Shown piece after piece: positions 7,703-19,900 of a stretch of DNA of 64,000 nucleotides (within the stretch, counting starts at the first letter, position 1; every line of letters begins with the position of its first letter). Source of the DNA: Escherichia phage HMD-9; sequence record PV287714.1, one strand, 5' to 3'. The notes beneath the pieces were generated by a model. It searched no databases and was not told the origin of the DNA. It saw only the letters and a list, made by a program, of their open reading frames with translations. Position numbers and translations under genes: made by a program.

Positions 7703-8011
7703 CTATTTTATTCCGCGTGATGCAATTGTATTCTGTCGTTTAGCACCAGTTTGTTTAAAGTCATGATTGTCGATTTGATCGGTACGAGCAACTCCGAATG
7801 ATGATTTAATCTTAGCTTTAGATCCTTTAGTTATAGAAATAAACATCTCGGAAGCCCCTTTCTTAAAGTCCGAAGCAATTACTTCAACACCGTTCTTAGC
7901 AAGTGACTTCAGAATTGCCTCCGCGTACTCATCATCAAGACTCGCTTGAGTATTAATAACGAATGTCTTTGGTGCAGCCGCTTCATTGATAAATTCTTTA
8001 AATGTTTTCAT
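7703..8011 (-). CDS. internal-protein-like protein with capsid-targeting sequence (ipI locus)
   Basis: 102 aa; MKTFKEFINE|AAAPKTF fits the CTS pattern; lies between the tRNA operon and 57B where T4 carries ipI. Confidence 0.6.
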   Translation of the reverse strand: MKTFKEFINEAAAPKTFVINTQASLDDEYAEAILKSLAKNGVEVIASDFKKGASEMFISITKGSKAKIKSSFGVARTDQIDNHDFKQTGAKRQNTIASRGIK

Positions 8012-8041
8012 TTTATTTTCCTAATTAATTTTGATGAGATA

Positions 8042-8071
8042 ATAGTATCACTACCCTATCTAAAAGTAAAC
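8042..8071 (-). promoter_or_regulatory. T4 early-type promoter (GTTTAC-N18-TACTAT), cassette copy 2
   Basis: same spacing and hexamers as 7661-7690; upstream of ORF 7703-8011. Confidence 0.55.
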
Positions 8072-8344
8072 TCATTTTAAATAAATTGCGTATTTTTTAT
8101 AGCCACCAGGCTCGTGTCGAAGACCCCTATCATTAGCAAAACGCTCAATGTTGTTAATTTGATTCTGGTCAAGTTCAGAGATGTCAAACACGAAATAGTT
8201 ACGTTTGTTACCAACTGTTACATAGTCAGTTAAATCAATACCATATAGGTAATTGATGTCAGCAATCATAGTCTTGACAGCTTTGCTAATTTTTACTTTT
8301 TCGTTAAAAGTAGCTTCATTGATAAATTCTTTAAATGTTTTCAT
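8072..8344 (-). CDS. internal-protein-like protein with capsid-targeting sequence (ipI locus)
   Basis: ORF-track start 8356 is TTG; ATG at 8344 follows SD GGAGAATAAA giving MKTFKEFINE|ATFNEK.. Confidence 0.6.
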   Translation of the reverse strand: MKTFKEFINEATFNEKVKISKAVKTMIADINYLYGIDLTDYVTVGNKRNYFVFDISELDQNQINNIERFANDRGLRHEPGGYKKYAIYLK

Positions 8345-8380
8345 TTTATTCTCCAATCACTCATTTGTTTTGATAGGGTA

Positions 8381-8410
8381 ATAGTATCACAACTAAAACC
8401 CCGTGTAAAC
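8381..8410 (-). promoter_or_regulatory. T4 early-type promoter (GTTTAC-N18-TACTAT), cassette copy 3
   Basis: same spacing and hexamers; upstream of ORF 8072-8344. Confidence 0.55.
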
Positions 8411-8422
8411 AACTTTGTGAAA

Positions 8423-9119
<697 letters not shown>

Positions 9120-9120
<1 letters not shown>

Positions 9121-9845
9121 TATAGTACCTTTAGTGTATTTTTAATTTTAGAAAAAAGTTCTTCAAGAGAACCATCGTTTGTAATTACTAAATCGCCATC
9201 ACGAATTGGCAATCCAGCTTCTGTAATATGAGTATCATTGGATTTTTGACCAGGACGAACTACATGAATTACTGTAGCACCCATCGCCCTAGCCGCATCC
9301 ATTTCATGATCTTGACGAGTATCAGGAACGATATAGTAATCATAGCCTGAGTTAAATTTATCAAGATAATCTAAAGCAAATAATTTTACCCAATACATGC
9401 GGTCGAAGTTATTAACAATCAAATCCGTACCTAGGGCTTGCATCAGACGACGGACTGACCATTGATCTTCAATATTATTTATAACGTCAGCAATCTTGTT
9501 AAATGCTACGAAAGTAACTGATTCTTTTCCTTCGTCATCAAAAACAAACACGCCTTTAATTGGGCTTTTACTATTAAGATAGCAAAATGCTTGTTCCATA
9601 ATCGTAATTACTTCTAATTTAGTCAGATTCAAATTAGTCTCACGATCATAGTCAATTCCTTCAAATTCTTTACGAGTTAAGCAAGGATAGTCAGTGTTTG
9701 TTGCAAATACTCCCCATGCATAAGCCAATGCATCTTTAATAGGACCAGCAAGTTGATATTTAACTGCAGAATAATTTTCCATGATAAAATCTGCGGTAGT
9801 ATCTTTTCCACTACGCTTTACACCACTTAAAAAGATTAGTTTCAT
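9120..9845 (-). CDS. 1: deoxynucleoside monophosphate kinase (gp1)
   Basis: 241 aa; P-loop GVKRSGKDT; size and order match T4 gene 1. Confidence 0.9.
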
Positions 9846-9894
9846 ATGTTTCTCCTCAAATTTAGTTAAGATTATAACACATGAAACTTAAGCA

Positions 9895-10425
9895 TTAAAC
9901 TTCTGCTATAATTTTACCATCTTTTTCTACTTGAAAATACGTATAAGGAATCGTTGCTGTACATACTAAAGCTGGGTCTGAATCTTCTGTGTAGCTAAAT
10001 TCTACTTCGGACAGGTCAGAAACCCAGGGCTTATAAAAATTTATTGACATCACGATTTCAGTTTTACTATTATCTAAAATGTAAAGCGTAATGTATTCAG
10101 GACCTGTTTTTTGGGCAGTATTTTCGCCTATAAGATAGTTACTAGTTCCTAGCATCCATTCATACATTCCTATCCACGACTTAAGCTCTTCATCAACTAT
10201 AAATCTCACGATGAGTGGGTCGTACTCAAATGTAACTCCTGGACGTTGTGCTCTGCCCAGTCCAAACGGCCCAGTCACGGTATCAGTAACAGGTATCCTA
10301 ATTCCCGGAATAGGAACTGACTGAGCATTTAAAGTAAAAGCAGATGTAGTATTACTATGCGGTATTGATACTACAAAGTTAGTTGTATTTGCTTGGTTAA
10401 AAATTTGTTGTAGCGCTTGCGACAT
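9895..10425 (-). CDS. 3: gp3 tail tube terminator / sheath stabiliser
   Basis: ORF-track start 10506 is upstream of the likely start; ATG at 10425 (MSQALQQIFNQ..) gives 176 aa, the T4 gp3 length. Confidence 0.8.
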   Translation of the reverse strand: MSQALQQIFNQANTTNFVVSIPHSNTTSAFTLNAQSVPIPGIRIPVTDTVTGPFGLGRAQRPGVTFEYDPLIVRFIVDEELKSWIGMYEWMLGTSNYLIGENTAQKTGPEYITLYILDNSKTEIVMSINFYKPWVSDLSEVEFSYTEDSDPALVCTATIPYTYFQVEKDGKIIAEV

Positions 10426-10531
10426 ATATTCCTCATAATGCTTTATAAGTGTTGGTGGTATAATGGGTCTAAGTCCCTTCCATTCAATTCCAATTAGAAC
10501 AAACAATAGAAAAGAATGGAAGATAATAGAA

Positions 10532-11356
10532 TTAGATATTTGACCAGACTTTGTTTGCAGAGAAACGTTTTCCTTTTGAAACGAACTGCTGAAGTGGCAT
10601 TAACACAACGTTCGCCCAGTCTTTCGGGGCGATTTCAACAAGGCTACCCATAATATTACCAGGTATATATGCCTTAATCATTTGGTCTGCACCCCTAAAT
10701 CCTTTCACTTGACTCCAATCAATTTTTAATTTCGTTTTATTAGTAATAGTAGGTGTATTTGAATATTGCTTTAAAAGCTCTTCTAGAAATTGCTGACGAG
10801 CTTTAGGTGGAATATAGTGCAAGTTTAATCCGTACATTAAATTATGCTTACCTAAACCAAGGTAAATTATCAAAGGAAATTTATCCCAGTAAGGAAGAGT
10901 TTCTTTGTGTTTAGCATCGTAAGCAAAAGCATATATTCGTCCCGGCTGCGGGCGAACAACTTTATGTCCTTTTACTTGCTTAATAGTTTCAGCAAACCAC
11001 TTTCTGGTTTTATTATTAATTGCTGCACCTTCATTACGAATTTTATCACGCAACGTTTGCCTGAATGAATTTATCATAAGCAGTTGTCTTTCTTGCTTAT
11101 TGAGTTTATTCATTGGTTTTGATTCAAGCTTTTGAATCTTTTCAGCCGTTTTAATTCCTGAAGCATATTTTGACATTGCCGAAGTAAACGTAGAATATTT
11201 AATTCCTCTTTCTTCAGCAAATTGCTTTCCTGTCATTCCTTTTGCTTTGGCCTTTTTGTATTCAAGACCTATCTGAATCCATTTCTTTTCGTTTAATGAT
11301 TGCTTAACCTTTGGAACTTGGGGAGTGCTTTCATTAATTATTTGAAAAATAGCCAT
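10532..11356 (-). CDS. 2: gp2 DNA end-protector protein
   Basis: 274 aa; size and order match T4. Confidence 0.85.
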   Translation of the reverse strand: MAIFQIINESTPQVPKVKQSLNEKKWIQIGLEYKKAKAKGMTGKQFAEERGIKYSTFTSAMSKYASGIKTAEKIQKLESKPMNKLNKQERQLLMINSFRQTLRDKIRNEGAAINNKTRKWFAETIKQVKGHKVVRPQPGRIYAFAYDAKHKETLPYWDKFPLIIYLGLGKHNLMYGLNLHYIPPKARQQFLEELLKQYSNTPTITNKTKLKIDWSQVKGFRGADQMIKAYIPGNIMGSLVEIAPKDWANVVLMPLQQFVSKGKRFSANKVWSNI

Positions 11357-11808
11357 TATGCCCCCTTAAAGCCAAGAGCTCGTAATCCATCTTCTGTTAG
11401 AATTCTAAATTTTATTCCACGCTTTTCAGCTAAAGCTTGAGCTGCTTTCCATTTATCAGTATTAACGGAATATGTATAAATTTCATTCATAAATCTTTTC
11501 TTCGCTGCAGTTGTTAGATGTGCCGGTTTAACTGGTGGTTGTGTTTCTTTTTTAGGTTTTATTTCAATAAAAAATTCTTGCCCAGAAGAATCTTTCATCC
11601 AAATATCCATGAAGTATCTACGTTTTTTCCCTTCTGCATTACAAAAATAAGGAATTACTGCTGTTTCACTACCCCATGCAATAATTTCTGGATTTTTATC
11701 TAACCATTCAAAAAAGAATTTTTCCCAATTTGATCTATACGTAATTTTTTTAGGGTCACCTCTATATTTTGATATATTTTTAGGAACCCATTTTCCAGAA
11801 TATGCCAT
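11356..11808 (-). CDS. 4: gp4 head completion protein
   Basis: 150 aa; size and order match T4. Confidence 0.85.
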   Translation of the reverse strand: MAYSGKWVPKNISKYRGDPKKITYRSNWEKFFFEWLDKNPEIIAWGSETAVIPYFCNAEGKKRRYFMDIWMKDSSGQEFFIEIKPKKETQPPVKPAHLTTAAKKRFMNEIYTYSVNTDKWKAAQALAEKRGIKFRILTEDGLRALGFKGA

Positions 11809-11819
11809 TGGATTCTCCT

Positions 11820-11827
11820 TATAAATA
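11820..11827 (+). promoter_or_regulatory. T4 late promoter TATAAATA for gene 53
   Basis: exact TATAAATA about 28 nt upstream of ATG 11856. Confidence 0.6.
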
Positions 11828-11834
11828 TATTATC

Positions 11835-11842
11835 TATTTATA
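11835..11842 (-). promoter_or_regulatory. T4 late promoter TATAAATA for gene 4 (divergent partner)
   Basis: reverse-complement TATAAATA 27 nt upstream of the gene 4 start. Confidence 0.55.
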
Positions 11843-11855
11843 AACAGGAGGGCCC

Positions 11856-12446
11856 ATGCTCTTTACATTTTTTGATCCGATTGAATATGCGGCCAAAACG
11901 GTGAATAAAAACGCGCCGACTATTCCTATGACAGATATTTTTAGAAACTATAAAGACTATTTTAAACGCGCTCTTGCGGGATACCGCTTACGTACTTATT
12001 ATATTAAAGGTTCACCACGCCCAGAAGAATTAGCAAATGCTATATATGGAAATCCGCAGTTGTATTGGGTTTTATTGATGTGTAATGATAATTATGATCC
12101 GTATTATGGATGGATTACTTCACAAGAAGCTGCTTATCAAGCATCTATACAAAAATACAAAAACGTAGGTGGAGACCAAATAGTATATCATGTGAATGAG
12201 AACGGTGAAAAATTTTATAATTTAATATCATACGATGATAATCCATATGTTTGGTATGACAAAGGTGATAAAGCTAGAAAATATCCTCAATATGAAGGAG
12301 CACTTGCTGCGGTCGATACGTATGAAGCGGCTGTTCTTGAAAATGAAAAACTTCGTCAAATAAAAATAATAGCAAAATCAGACATCAATTCATTTATGAA
12401 CGACCTTATACGTATAATGGAGAAATCTTATGGAAATGATAAGTAA
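11856..12446 (+). CDS. 53: gp53 baseplate wedge protein
   Basis: 196 aa; size and order match T4. Confidence 0.85.
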   Translation: MLFTFFDPIEYAAKTVNKNAPTIPMTDIFRNYKDYFKRALAGYRLRTYYIKGSPRPEELANAIYGNPQLYWVLLMCNDNYDPYYGWITSQEAAYQASIQKYKNVGGDQIVYHVNENGEKFYNLISYDDNPYVWYDKGDKARKYPQYEGALAAVDTYEAAVLENEKLRQIKIIAKSDINSFMNDLIRIMEKSYGNDK

Positions 12447-14157
12447 TAACCTTAATTGGTTTGTTGGTGTTGTTGAAGATAGAATGGACCCATTAAAATT
12501 AGGTCGTGTTCGTGTTCGTGTGGTTGGTTTGCATCCACCTCAAAGAGCGCAAGGCGACGTAATGGGTATTCCAACCGATAAATTACCATGGATGTCAGTT
12601 ATTCAACCTATAACTTCTGCAGCAATGTCTGGAATTGGAGGTTCTGTTACTGGACCGGTAGAAGGAACTAGAGTTTATGGTCATTTTTTAGACAAATGGA
12701 AAACTAATGGAATTGTCCTTGGCACGTATGGTGGAATAGTTCGCGAAAAGCCTAATAGACTTGAAGGATTTTCTGACCCAACTGGACAGTATCCTAGACG
12801 TCTAGGAAATGATACTAACGTATTAAACCAAGGCGGAGAAGTAGGATATGATTCGTCTTCTAATATTATCCAAGATAGCAATCTAGACACTGCGATAAAT
12901 CCTGATGATAGACCGCTATCAGAGATTCCAACTGATGATAATCCAAATATGTCAATGGCTGAAATGCTTCGCCGTGATGAAGGATTAAGACTAAAAGTTT
13001 ATTGGGATACTGAAGGATATCCGACAATTGGCATTGGTCATCTTATCATGAAGCAGCCAGTTCGTGATATGACTCAAATTAATAAAGTTTTATCAAAACA
13101 AGTTGGTCGTGAAATTACCGGAAATCCAGGTTCTATTACAATGGAAGAAGCGGTAACTTTATTTGAACGTGATTTGGCTGATATGCAACGTGACATTAAA
13201 TCACATTCTAAAGTTGGCCCAGTTTGGAAAGCAGTTAATCGTTCTCGTCAAATGGCATTAGAAAATATGGCATTTCAGATGGGTGTTGGCGGTGTAGCTA
13301 AATTTAACACAATGTTAACAGCTATGTTAGCCGGAGATTGGGAAAAAGCATATAAAGCTGGTCGTGATTCATTGTGGTATCAACAAACAAAAGGCCGTGC
13401 ATCTCGTGTTACCATGATTATTCTTACAGGGAATTTGGAATCATACGGTATTGAAGTGAAAACACCGGCTAGGTCTTTGTCTGCAATGGCTGCTACTGTA
13501 GCAAAGTCTTCTGATCCAGCTGACCCTCCTATTCCGAGTGATTCGAGAATTTTATTTAAAGAACCTGTTTCTTCATATAAAGGTGAATATCCGTATGTTC
13601 ATACAATGGAAACTGAAAGCGGTCATATTCAGGAATTTGATGATACCCCTGGGCAAGAACGATACAGATTAGTTCATCCGACTGGAACATATGAGGAAGT
13701 ATCACCGTCAGGAAGAAGAACAAGAAAAACTGTTGACAATTTGTATGATATAACAAATGCTGATGGTAATTTTTTGGTAGCTGGCGATAAAAAGACTAAC
13801 GTCGGTGGATCAGAAATTTACTACAACATGGATAATCGTCTTCACCAAATAGATGGAAGCAACACAATATTTGTCCGCGGCGATGAAACTAAGACGGTTG
13901 AAGGTAATGGAACTATCCTAGTCAAAGGTAATGTTACTATTGTAGTTGAAGGTAATGCTGACATTACAGTTAAAGGGGATGCTACTACTTTAGTTGAAGG
14001 AAACCAGACTAATACAGTAAATGGAAATCTTTCTTGGAAAGTTGCTGGGACAGTTGATTGGGACGTTGGTGGTGATTGGACAGAAAAAATGGCATCTATG
14101 AGTTCTATTTCATCTGGTCAATACACAATTGATGGATCGAGGATTGACATTGGCTAA
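12430..14157 (+). CDS. 5: gp5 baseplate hub / tail lysozyme
   Basis: 575 aa; N-terminus MEMISNNLNWFVGVVED..; internal lysozyme domain MAEMLRRDEGLRLKVYWDTEGYPTIGIGHL paralogous to e; C-terminal VEGN repeats. Confidence 0.95.
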   Translation: MEMISNNLNWFVGVVEDRMDPLKLGRVRVRVVGLHPPQRAQGDVMGIPTDKLPWMSVIQPITSAAMSGIGGSVTGPVEGTRVYGHFLDKWKTNGIVLGTYGGIVREKPNRLEGFSDPTGQYPRRLGNDTNVLNQGGEVGYDSSSNIIQDSNLDTAINPDDRPLSEIPTDDNPNMSMAEMLRRDEGLRLKVYWDTEGYPTIGIGHLIMKQPVRDMTQINKVLSKQVGREITGNPGSITMEEAVTLFERDLADMQRDIKSHSKVGPVWKAVNRSRQMALENMAFQMGVGGVAKFNTMLTAMLAGDWEKAYKAGRDSLWYQQTKGRASRVTMIILTGNLESYGIEVKTPARSLSAMAATVAKSSDPADPPIPSDSRILFKEPVSSYKGEYPYVHTMETESGHIQEFDDTPGQERYRLVHPTGTYEEVSPSGRRTRKTVDNLYDITNADGNFLVAGDKKTNVGGSEIYYNMDNRLHQIDGSNTIFVRGDETKTVEGNGTILVKGNVTIVVEGNADITVKGDATTLVEGNQTNTVNGNLSWKVAGTVDWDVGGDWTEKMASMSSISSGQYTIDGSRIDIG

Positions 14158-14686
14158 TATACTTCCAATGAGCGCTGATTTAGGAGAATCCATGGAAGGT
14201 TCTTCTATCGACGTCACCTTTACCGCTCAATTAGAAACAGGTGAAACGTTAGTATCTATAAATATAACTAGTTACGAAGAAACTCCTGGGGTTTTAGTAG
14301 AAGAAAATCGTTTATATGGAACGTATGAATCTGTGTTTGGATTTGGAAATGATGCATTGAAATATCGTTTAGATGATGAATTTAAAACTGCTGCTTCATG
14401 GGAAGACCTTCCAACTGATTCTAATACTCAGTTATATCTATGGAAAGCTCCTCAAAACCTTCAGAAGACATTCACTTACGAAGTAACATTAATATATGAC
14501 TACCAAGAACAAAGTGAATCTGGAGGTTCTGGCAGTAATTCTAGGTCATCTTCTGATACTACTGAACCAACCGATCCTCCAGCTCCAATAAGAAAAACTC
14601 TTGTTAAAAATTACACAAAAACTATAGTTGGAAATTGGAGTCGTTGGGCTAATAAATTGAGAAGCTACGTATATGAGAGGCAATAA
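14132..14686 (+). CDS. 5.1: gp5.1-like protein
   Basis: ORF-track start 14129 is TTG; first ATG at 14132 (start uncertain, 14168 also possible). Confidence 0.55.
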
Positions 14687-14979
14687 TGTCAGGATTAAGT
14701 TATGATAAGTGTGTTACTGCTGGCCATGAAGCGTGGCCTCCAACAGTTGTGAATGCTACACAAAGTAAAGTATTCACTGGAGGAATTGCTGTTCTCGTAG
14801 CAGGTGATCCAATTACAGAACATACAGAAATTAAAAAGCCATATGAAACACATGGCGGAGTGACACAACCTAGAACTTCTAAGGTATATGTCACTGGAAA
14901 GAAAGCTGTTCAAATGGCTGATCCAATATCATGCGGTGATACTGTAGCTCAGGCATCATCTAAAGTATTCATTAAATAG
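14686..14979 (+). CDS. 5.4: gp5.4 PAAR-repeat spike-tip protein
   Basis: 97 aa, Cys/His-containing; size and position match T4 5.4. Confidence 0.85.
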
Positions 14980-14987
14980 GATTTAAA

Positions 14988-16970
14988 ATGGCAAATACCC
15001 CTGTAAATTATCAATTAACAAGAACAGCAAATGCTATTCCCGAGATATTCGTCGGGGGTACATTTGCTGAAATAAAACAAAACCTCATTGAATGGCTTAA
15101 TGGCCAAAATGAATTTTTGGATTATGATTTTGAAGGCTCAAGATTAAACGTTCTGTGTGACCTTTTAGCTTATAATACGCTGTACATTCAACAGTTTGGT
15201 AATGCTGCTGTGTATGAAAGCTTTATGCGTACTGCTAACTTACGTAGTTCAGTAGTTCAAGCGGCGCAAGATAATGGATATTTACCTACTTCAAAATCCG
15301 CTGCGCAGACCGAAATTATGTTAACATGCACCGACGCATTGAATAGAAATTACATTACTATTCCTCGCGGTACTCGCTTTTTAGCATATGCAAAAGATAC
15401 TTCCGTTAATCCTTACAACTTTGTATCTACCGAAGATGTTATTGCTATTCGCGATAAAAATAACCAGTATTTTCCGCGTTTAAAATTGGCCCAGGGACGT
15501 ATAGTAAGAACTGAAATCATTTATGATAAATTAACACCTATTATCATTTATGATAAAAATATTGATAGAAACCAGGTTAAATTATATGTTGATGGAGCGG
15601 AATGGATTAACTGGACGAGAAAGTCAATGGTTCATGCTGGTTCAACATCAACGATTTACTATATGCGTGAAACTATTGATGGAAACACTGAATTCTATTT
15701 TGGTGAAGGTGAAATTTCTGTTAATGCTTCTGAAGGAGCTTTGACCGCTAATTATATCGGAGGTCTTAAACCTACTCAGAACTCTACGATTGTTATTGAG
15801 TACATCAGTACTAATGGTGCTGACGCGAACGGAGCAGTCGGATTTTCATATGCAGATACATTAACAAATATAACTGTCATCAATATTAATGAAAATCCAA
15901 ACGATGACCCAGATTTTGTTGGGGCAGATGGCGGCGGTGATCCGGAAGATATTGAGCGTATTCGCGAATTGGGTACTATTAAACGCGAAACCCAGCAACG
16001 CTGCGTAACTGCAACTGACTATGATACATTCGTTTCAGAAAGATTTGGTTCTATTATTCAAGCAGTTCAGACTTTCACTGATTCTACTAAACCTGGCTAT
16101 GCATTTATTGCTGCTAAACCTAAATCAGGTCTGTATTTAACTACCGTACAGCGCGAAGATATTAAAAATTATCTCAAAGACTATAATTTAGCTCCTATTA
16201 CGCCATCAATTATTTCTCCTAATTATCTTTTTATTAAGACTAATTTAAAAGTCACATATGCTTTAAATAAGCTGCAAGAATCCGAACAGTGGCTCGAAGG
16301 TCAAATAATTGATAAAATTGATCGTTATTATACCGAAGATGTAGAAATTTTTAATTCGTCTTTCGCTAAATCTAAGATGTTGACGTATGTAGATGATGCA
16401 GATCATTCTATCATTGGTTCATCAGCGACAATTCAAATTGTTCGTGAAGTACAAAACTTCTATAAAACGCCTGAAGCGGGTATTAAATACAATAATCAAA
16501 TAAAAGATCGTTCTATGGAATCTAATACGTTTTCATTTAATTCTGGACGAAAAGTTGTAAATCCTGATACTGGTTTAGAAAAAGATGTATTATATGACGT
16601 TCGCATAGTATCAACAGACCGAGATTCTAAAGGAATTGGTAAAGTTATTATTGGTCCATTTGCTTCTGGCGATGTTACAGAAAATGAAAACATTCAGCCG
16701 TATACAGGCAACGATTTTAACAAATTAGCAAATTCTGATGGACGCGACAAATACTATGTTATCGGTGAAATAAATTATCCAGCTGATGTGATTTATTGGA
16801 ATATCGCTAAAATTAATTTAACATCTGAAAAATTTGAAGTTCAAACTATTGAATTATATTCTGACCCAACCGATGATGTTATCTTTACTCGCGATGGTTC
16901 ACTGATTGTATTTGAAAATGACTTACGTCCACAATACTTAACTATCGATTTGGAGCCTATATCACAATGA
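14988..16970 (+). CDS. 6: gp6 baseplate wedge protein
   Basis: 660 aa; size and order match T4. Confidence 0.9.
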   Translation: MANTPVNYQLTRTANAIPEIFVGGTFAEIKQNLIEWLNGQNEFLDYDFEGSRLNVLCDLLAYNTLYIQQFGNAAVYESFMRTANLRSSVVQAAQDNGYLPTSKSAAQTEIMLTCTDALNRNYITIPRGTRFLAYAKDTSVNPYNFVSTEDVIAIRDKNNQYFPRLKLAQGRIVRTEIIYDKLTPIIIYDKNIDRNQVKLYVDGAEWINWTRKSMVHAGSTSTIYYMRETIDGNTEFYFGEGEISVNASEGALTANYIGGLKPTQNSTIVIEYISTNGADANGAVGFSYADTLTNITVININENPNDDPDFVGADGGGDPEDIERIRELGTIKRETQQRCVTATDYDTFVSERFGSIIQAVQTFTDSTKPGYAFIAAKPKSGLYLTTVQREDIKNYLKDYNLAPITPSIISPNYLFIKTNLKVTYALNKLQESEQWLEGQIIDKIDRYYTEDVEIFNSSFAKSKMLTYVDDADHSIIGSSATIQIVREVQNFYKTPEAGIKYNNQIKDRSMESNTFSFNSGRKVVNPDTGLEKDVLYDVRIVSTDRDSKGIGKVIIGPFASGDVTENENIQPYTGNDFNKLANSDGRDKYYVIGEINYPADVIYWNIAKINLTSEKFEVQTIELYSDPTDDVIFTRDGSLIVFENDLRPQYLTIDLEPISQ

Positions 16971-19900
16971 CAGTAAAAGCACCTTCAGTCACTAGTCTCA
17001 GAATTTCCAAGTTATCCGCAAATCAGGTGCAAGTACGCTGGGATGACGTTGGTGCTAATTTCTACTATTTTGTAGAAATCGCTGAGACAAAAACAGACTC
17101 GGGGGAAAATCTCCCGAGTGATCAATATCGTTGGATTAATTTAGGGTATACAGCAAATAATAGTTTCTTTTTTGATGATGCTGATCCACTGACATCATAT
17201 GTTATTAGAGTAGCTACGGCGGCTCAAGATTTTGAGCAGTCTGACTGGATTTATACCGAAGAGTTTGAAACTTTTGCTACGAATGCTTACACATTTCAAA
17301 ATATGATTGAAATGCAATTAGCTAATAAATTCATTCAGGAAAAGTTCACTCTTAATAATTCTGATTATGTTAATTTTAATAATGACACCATAATGGCTGC
17401 ATTGATGAATGAATCATTCCAGTTCAGCCCATCGTATGTTGATGTCTCATCAATTAGTAATTTTATTATTGGTGAAAATGAGTATCATGAAATACAAGGT
17501 TCTATTCAGCAAGTATGTAAGGATATTAACCGAGTTTATTTGATGGAATCAGAAGGGATTCTATATCTTTTTGAGCGTTATCAACCTGTAGTTAAAGTAT
17601 CTAATGATAAAGGACAAACTTGGAAAGCTGTAAAGCTCTTCAATGACCGCGTAGGATATCCTTTATCTAAGACTGTATATTACCAATCTGCGAACACAAC
17701 ATATGTTCTAGGATACGACAAGATTTTCTACGGCCGCAAATCTACTGATGTTAGATGGTCAGCTGATGATGTCAGATTTAGTTCGCAGGATATAACATTC
17801 GCTAAACTTGGAGATCAACTTCATTTGGGATTTGATGTTGAAATATTTGGTACTTATGCTACATTACCAGCGAATGTATACCGCATTGCAGAAGCTATTA
17901 CTTGCACTGATGATTACATTTACGTTGTCGCCAGAGACAAAGTTAGATACATAAAAACGAGTAATGCACCTATAGATTCTGACCCATTATCTCCAACATA
18001 TTCGGAAAGGCTATTTGAACCTGATACGATGACTATAACTGGAAATCCTAAAGCAGTATGTTATAAAATGGATTCTGTCGGTGATAAAGTTTTTGCTCTT
18101 ATTATTGGTGAAGTTGAAACATTAAATGCTAATCCTAGAACATCAAAAATAATTGATTCTGCTGATAAAGGAATATATGTTTTAAATCATGACACGAAAA
18201 CATGGAAAAGAGTTTTTGGCAACACTGAAGAAGAAAGAAGACGTATTCAACCGGGATATGCGAATATGTCAACTGATGGTAAATTAGTTTCTCTATCTTC
18301 GAGTAATTTTAAATTTTTAAGTGATAATATTGTTAATGACCCTGAAACTGTGGTGAAGTATCAGTTAATCGGTGCTGTTAAATATGAATTTCCTCGTGAA
18401 TGGCTAGCTGATAAGCATTATCATATGATGGCATTTATAGCAGATGAAAAATCTGATTGGGAAACTTTTACACCTCAGCCGATGAAATACTATGCAGAAC
18501 CATTCTTTAACTGGTCTAAAAAATCTAACACACGCTGTTGGATAAACAACTCTGATAGAGCTGTAGTAGTTTATGCTGATTTAAAATACACCAAAGTTAT
18601 AGAAAATATTCCGGAAACATCACCAGATAGATTAGTTCATGAATACTGGGATGATGGTGATTGCACGATAGTAATGCCAAATGTTAAATTCACGGGATTT
18701 AAAAAATACGCGTCTGGGATGCTTTTTTATAAATCTTCTGGTGAAATAATTTCTTACTATGATTTTAACTATCGAGTGAGAGACACGGTTGAAATAATTT
18801 GGAAGCCAACTGGAATATTTTTAAAAGCATTTTTACAAAACCAAGAGCGTGAAACTCCTTGGTCGCCTGAAGAAGAGCGTGGATTAGCTGACCCTGATTT
18901 AAGACCATTGATTGGCACAATGATGCCTGATTCTTATTTGTTACAGGATTCGAATTTTGAGGCATTTTGCGAAGCATATATTCAGTATCTTTCTGATGGA
19001 TATGGAACTCAGTATAACAATTTACGAAATTTAATTCGTAACAAATATCCACGAGAAGAGCATGCGTGGGAATATTTGTGGTCAGAGATATATAAAAGAA
19101 ACATTTATTTAAATGCTGACAAACGTGATGCTGTTGCAAGATTTTTCGAATCACGTAGCTATGATTTTTATTCTACTAAAGGAATTGAAGCATCATATAA
19201 ATTTCTTTTTAAAGTTCTTTATAATGAAGAAGTTGAAATTGAAATCGAATCTGGGGCTGGTACTGAATATGATATAATCGTTCAATCCGATTCTTTGACT
19301 GAAGATTTAGTAGGACAAACGATTTATACAGCCACAGGAAGATGTAATGTTACTTATATAGAAAGAAGTTATTCTAACGGTAAATTGCAATGGACCGTAA
19401 CTATTCATAATCTTTTGGGAAGATTAATTGCCGGTCAAGAAGTTAAAGCAGAAAGACTTCCTAGTTTTGAAGGCGAAATTATTCGTGGGGTTAAAGGAAA
19501 GGATTTGCTTCAAAATAATATAGACTATATTAATAGAAGTAGATCATACTATGTAATGAAAATTAAATCCAATTTACCTTCTTCCCGCTGGAAATCTGAC
19601 GTTATTCGTTTTGTTCATCCAGTAGGATTTGGATTTATAGCAATTACTCTTTTAACAATGTTTATTAATGTTGGTTTAACTCTTAAACATACAGAGACTA
19701 TAATTAATAAATACAAAAACTATAAATGGGATTCTGGATTGCCTACTGAATATGCTGATAGAGTAGCTAAATTAACTCCAACCAGTGAAATTGAGCATGA
19801 TTCAGTAACAGGCGAAGCAATTTATGAACCTGGCCCAATGGCTAGTGTAGAATATCCTCTTCCTGATGACTATAATGCTGAAAATAATAATTCAATATTT

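Noticed and set aside
7652-8410. Possible CRISPR-like array suggested by the repeated about 30-nt elements
   Set aside because: Only three copies, irregular spacing (about 390 and 335 nt), intervening sequence is protein-coding, and the repeats contain promoter hexamers; not a CRISPR array
12430-14157. Second lysozyme-like sequence (inside gp5) as evidence of a duplicated or mobile lysis cassette
   Set aside because: This is the known lysozyme domain of the gp5 tail spike, paralogous to e; it is part of the intact 575-aa gp5 ORF
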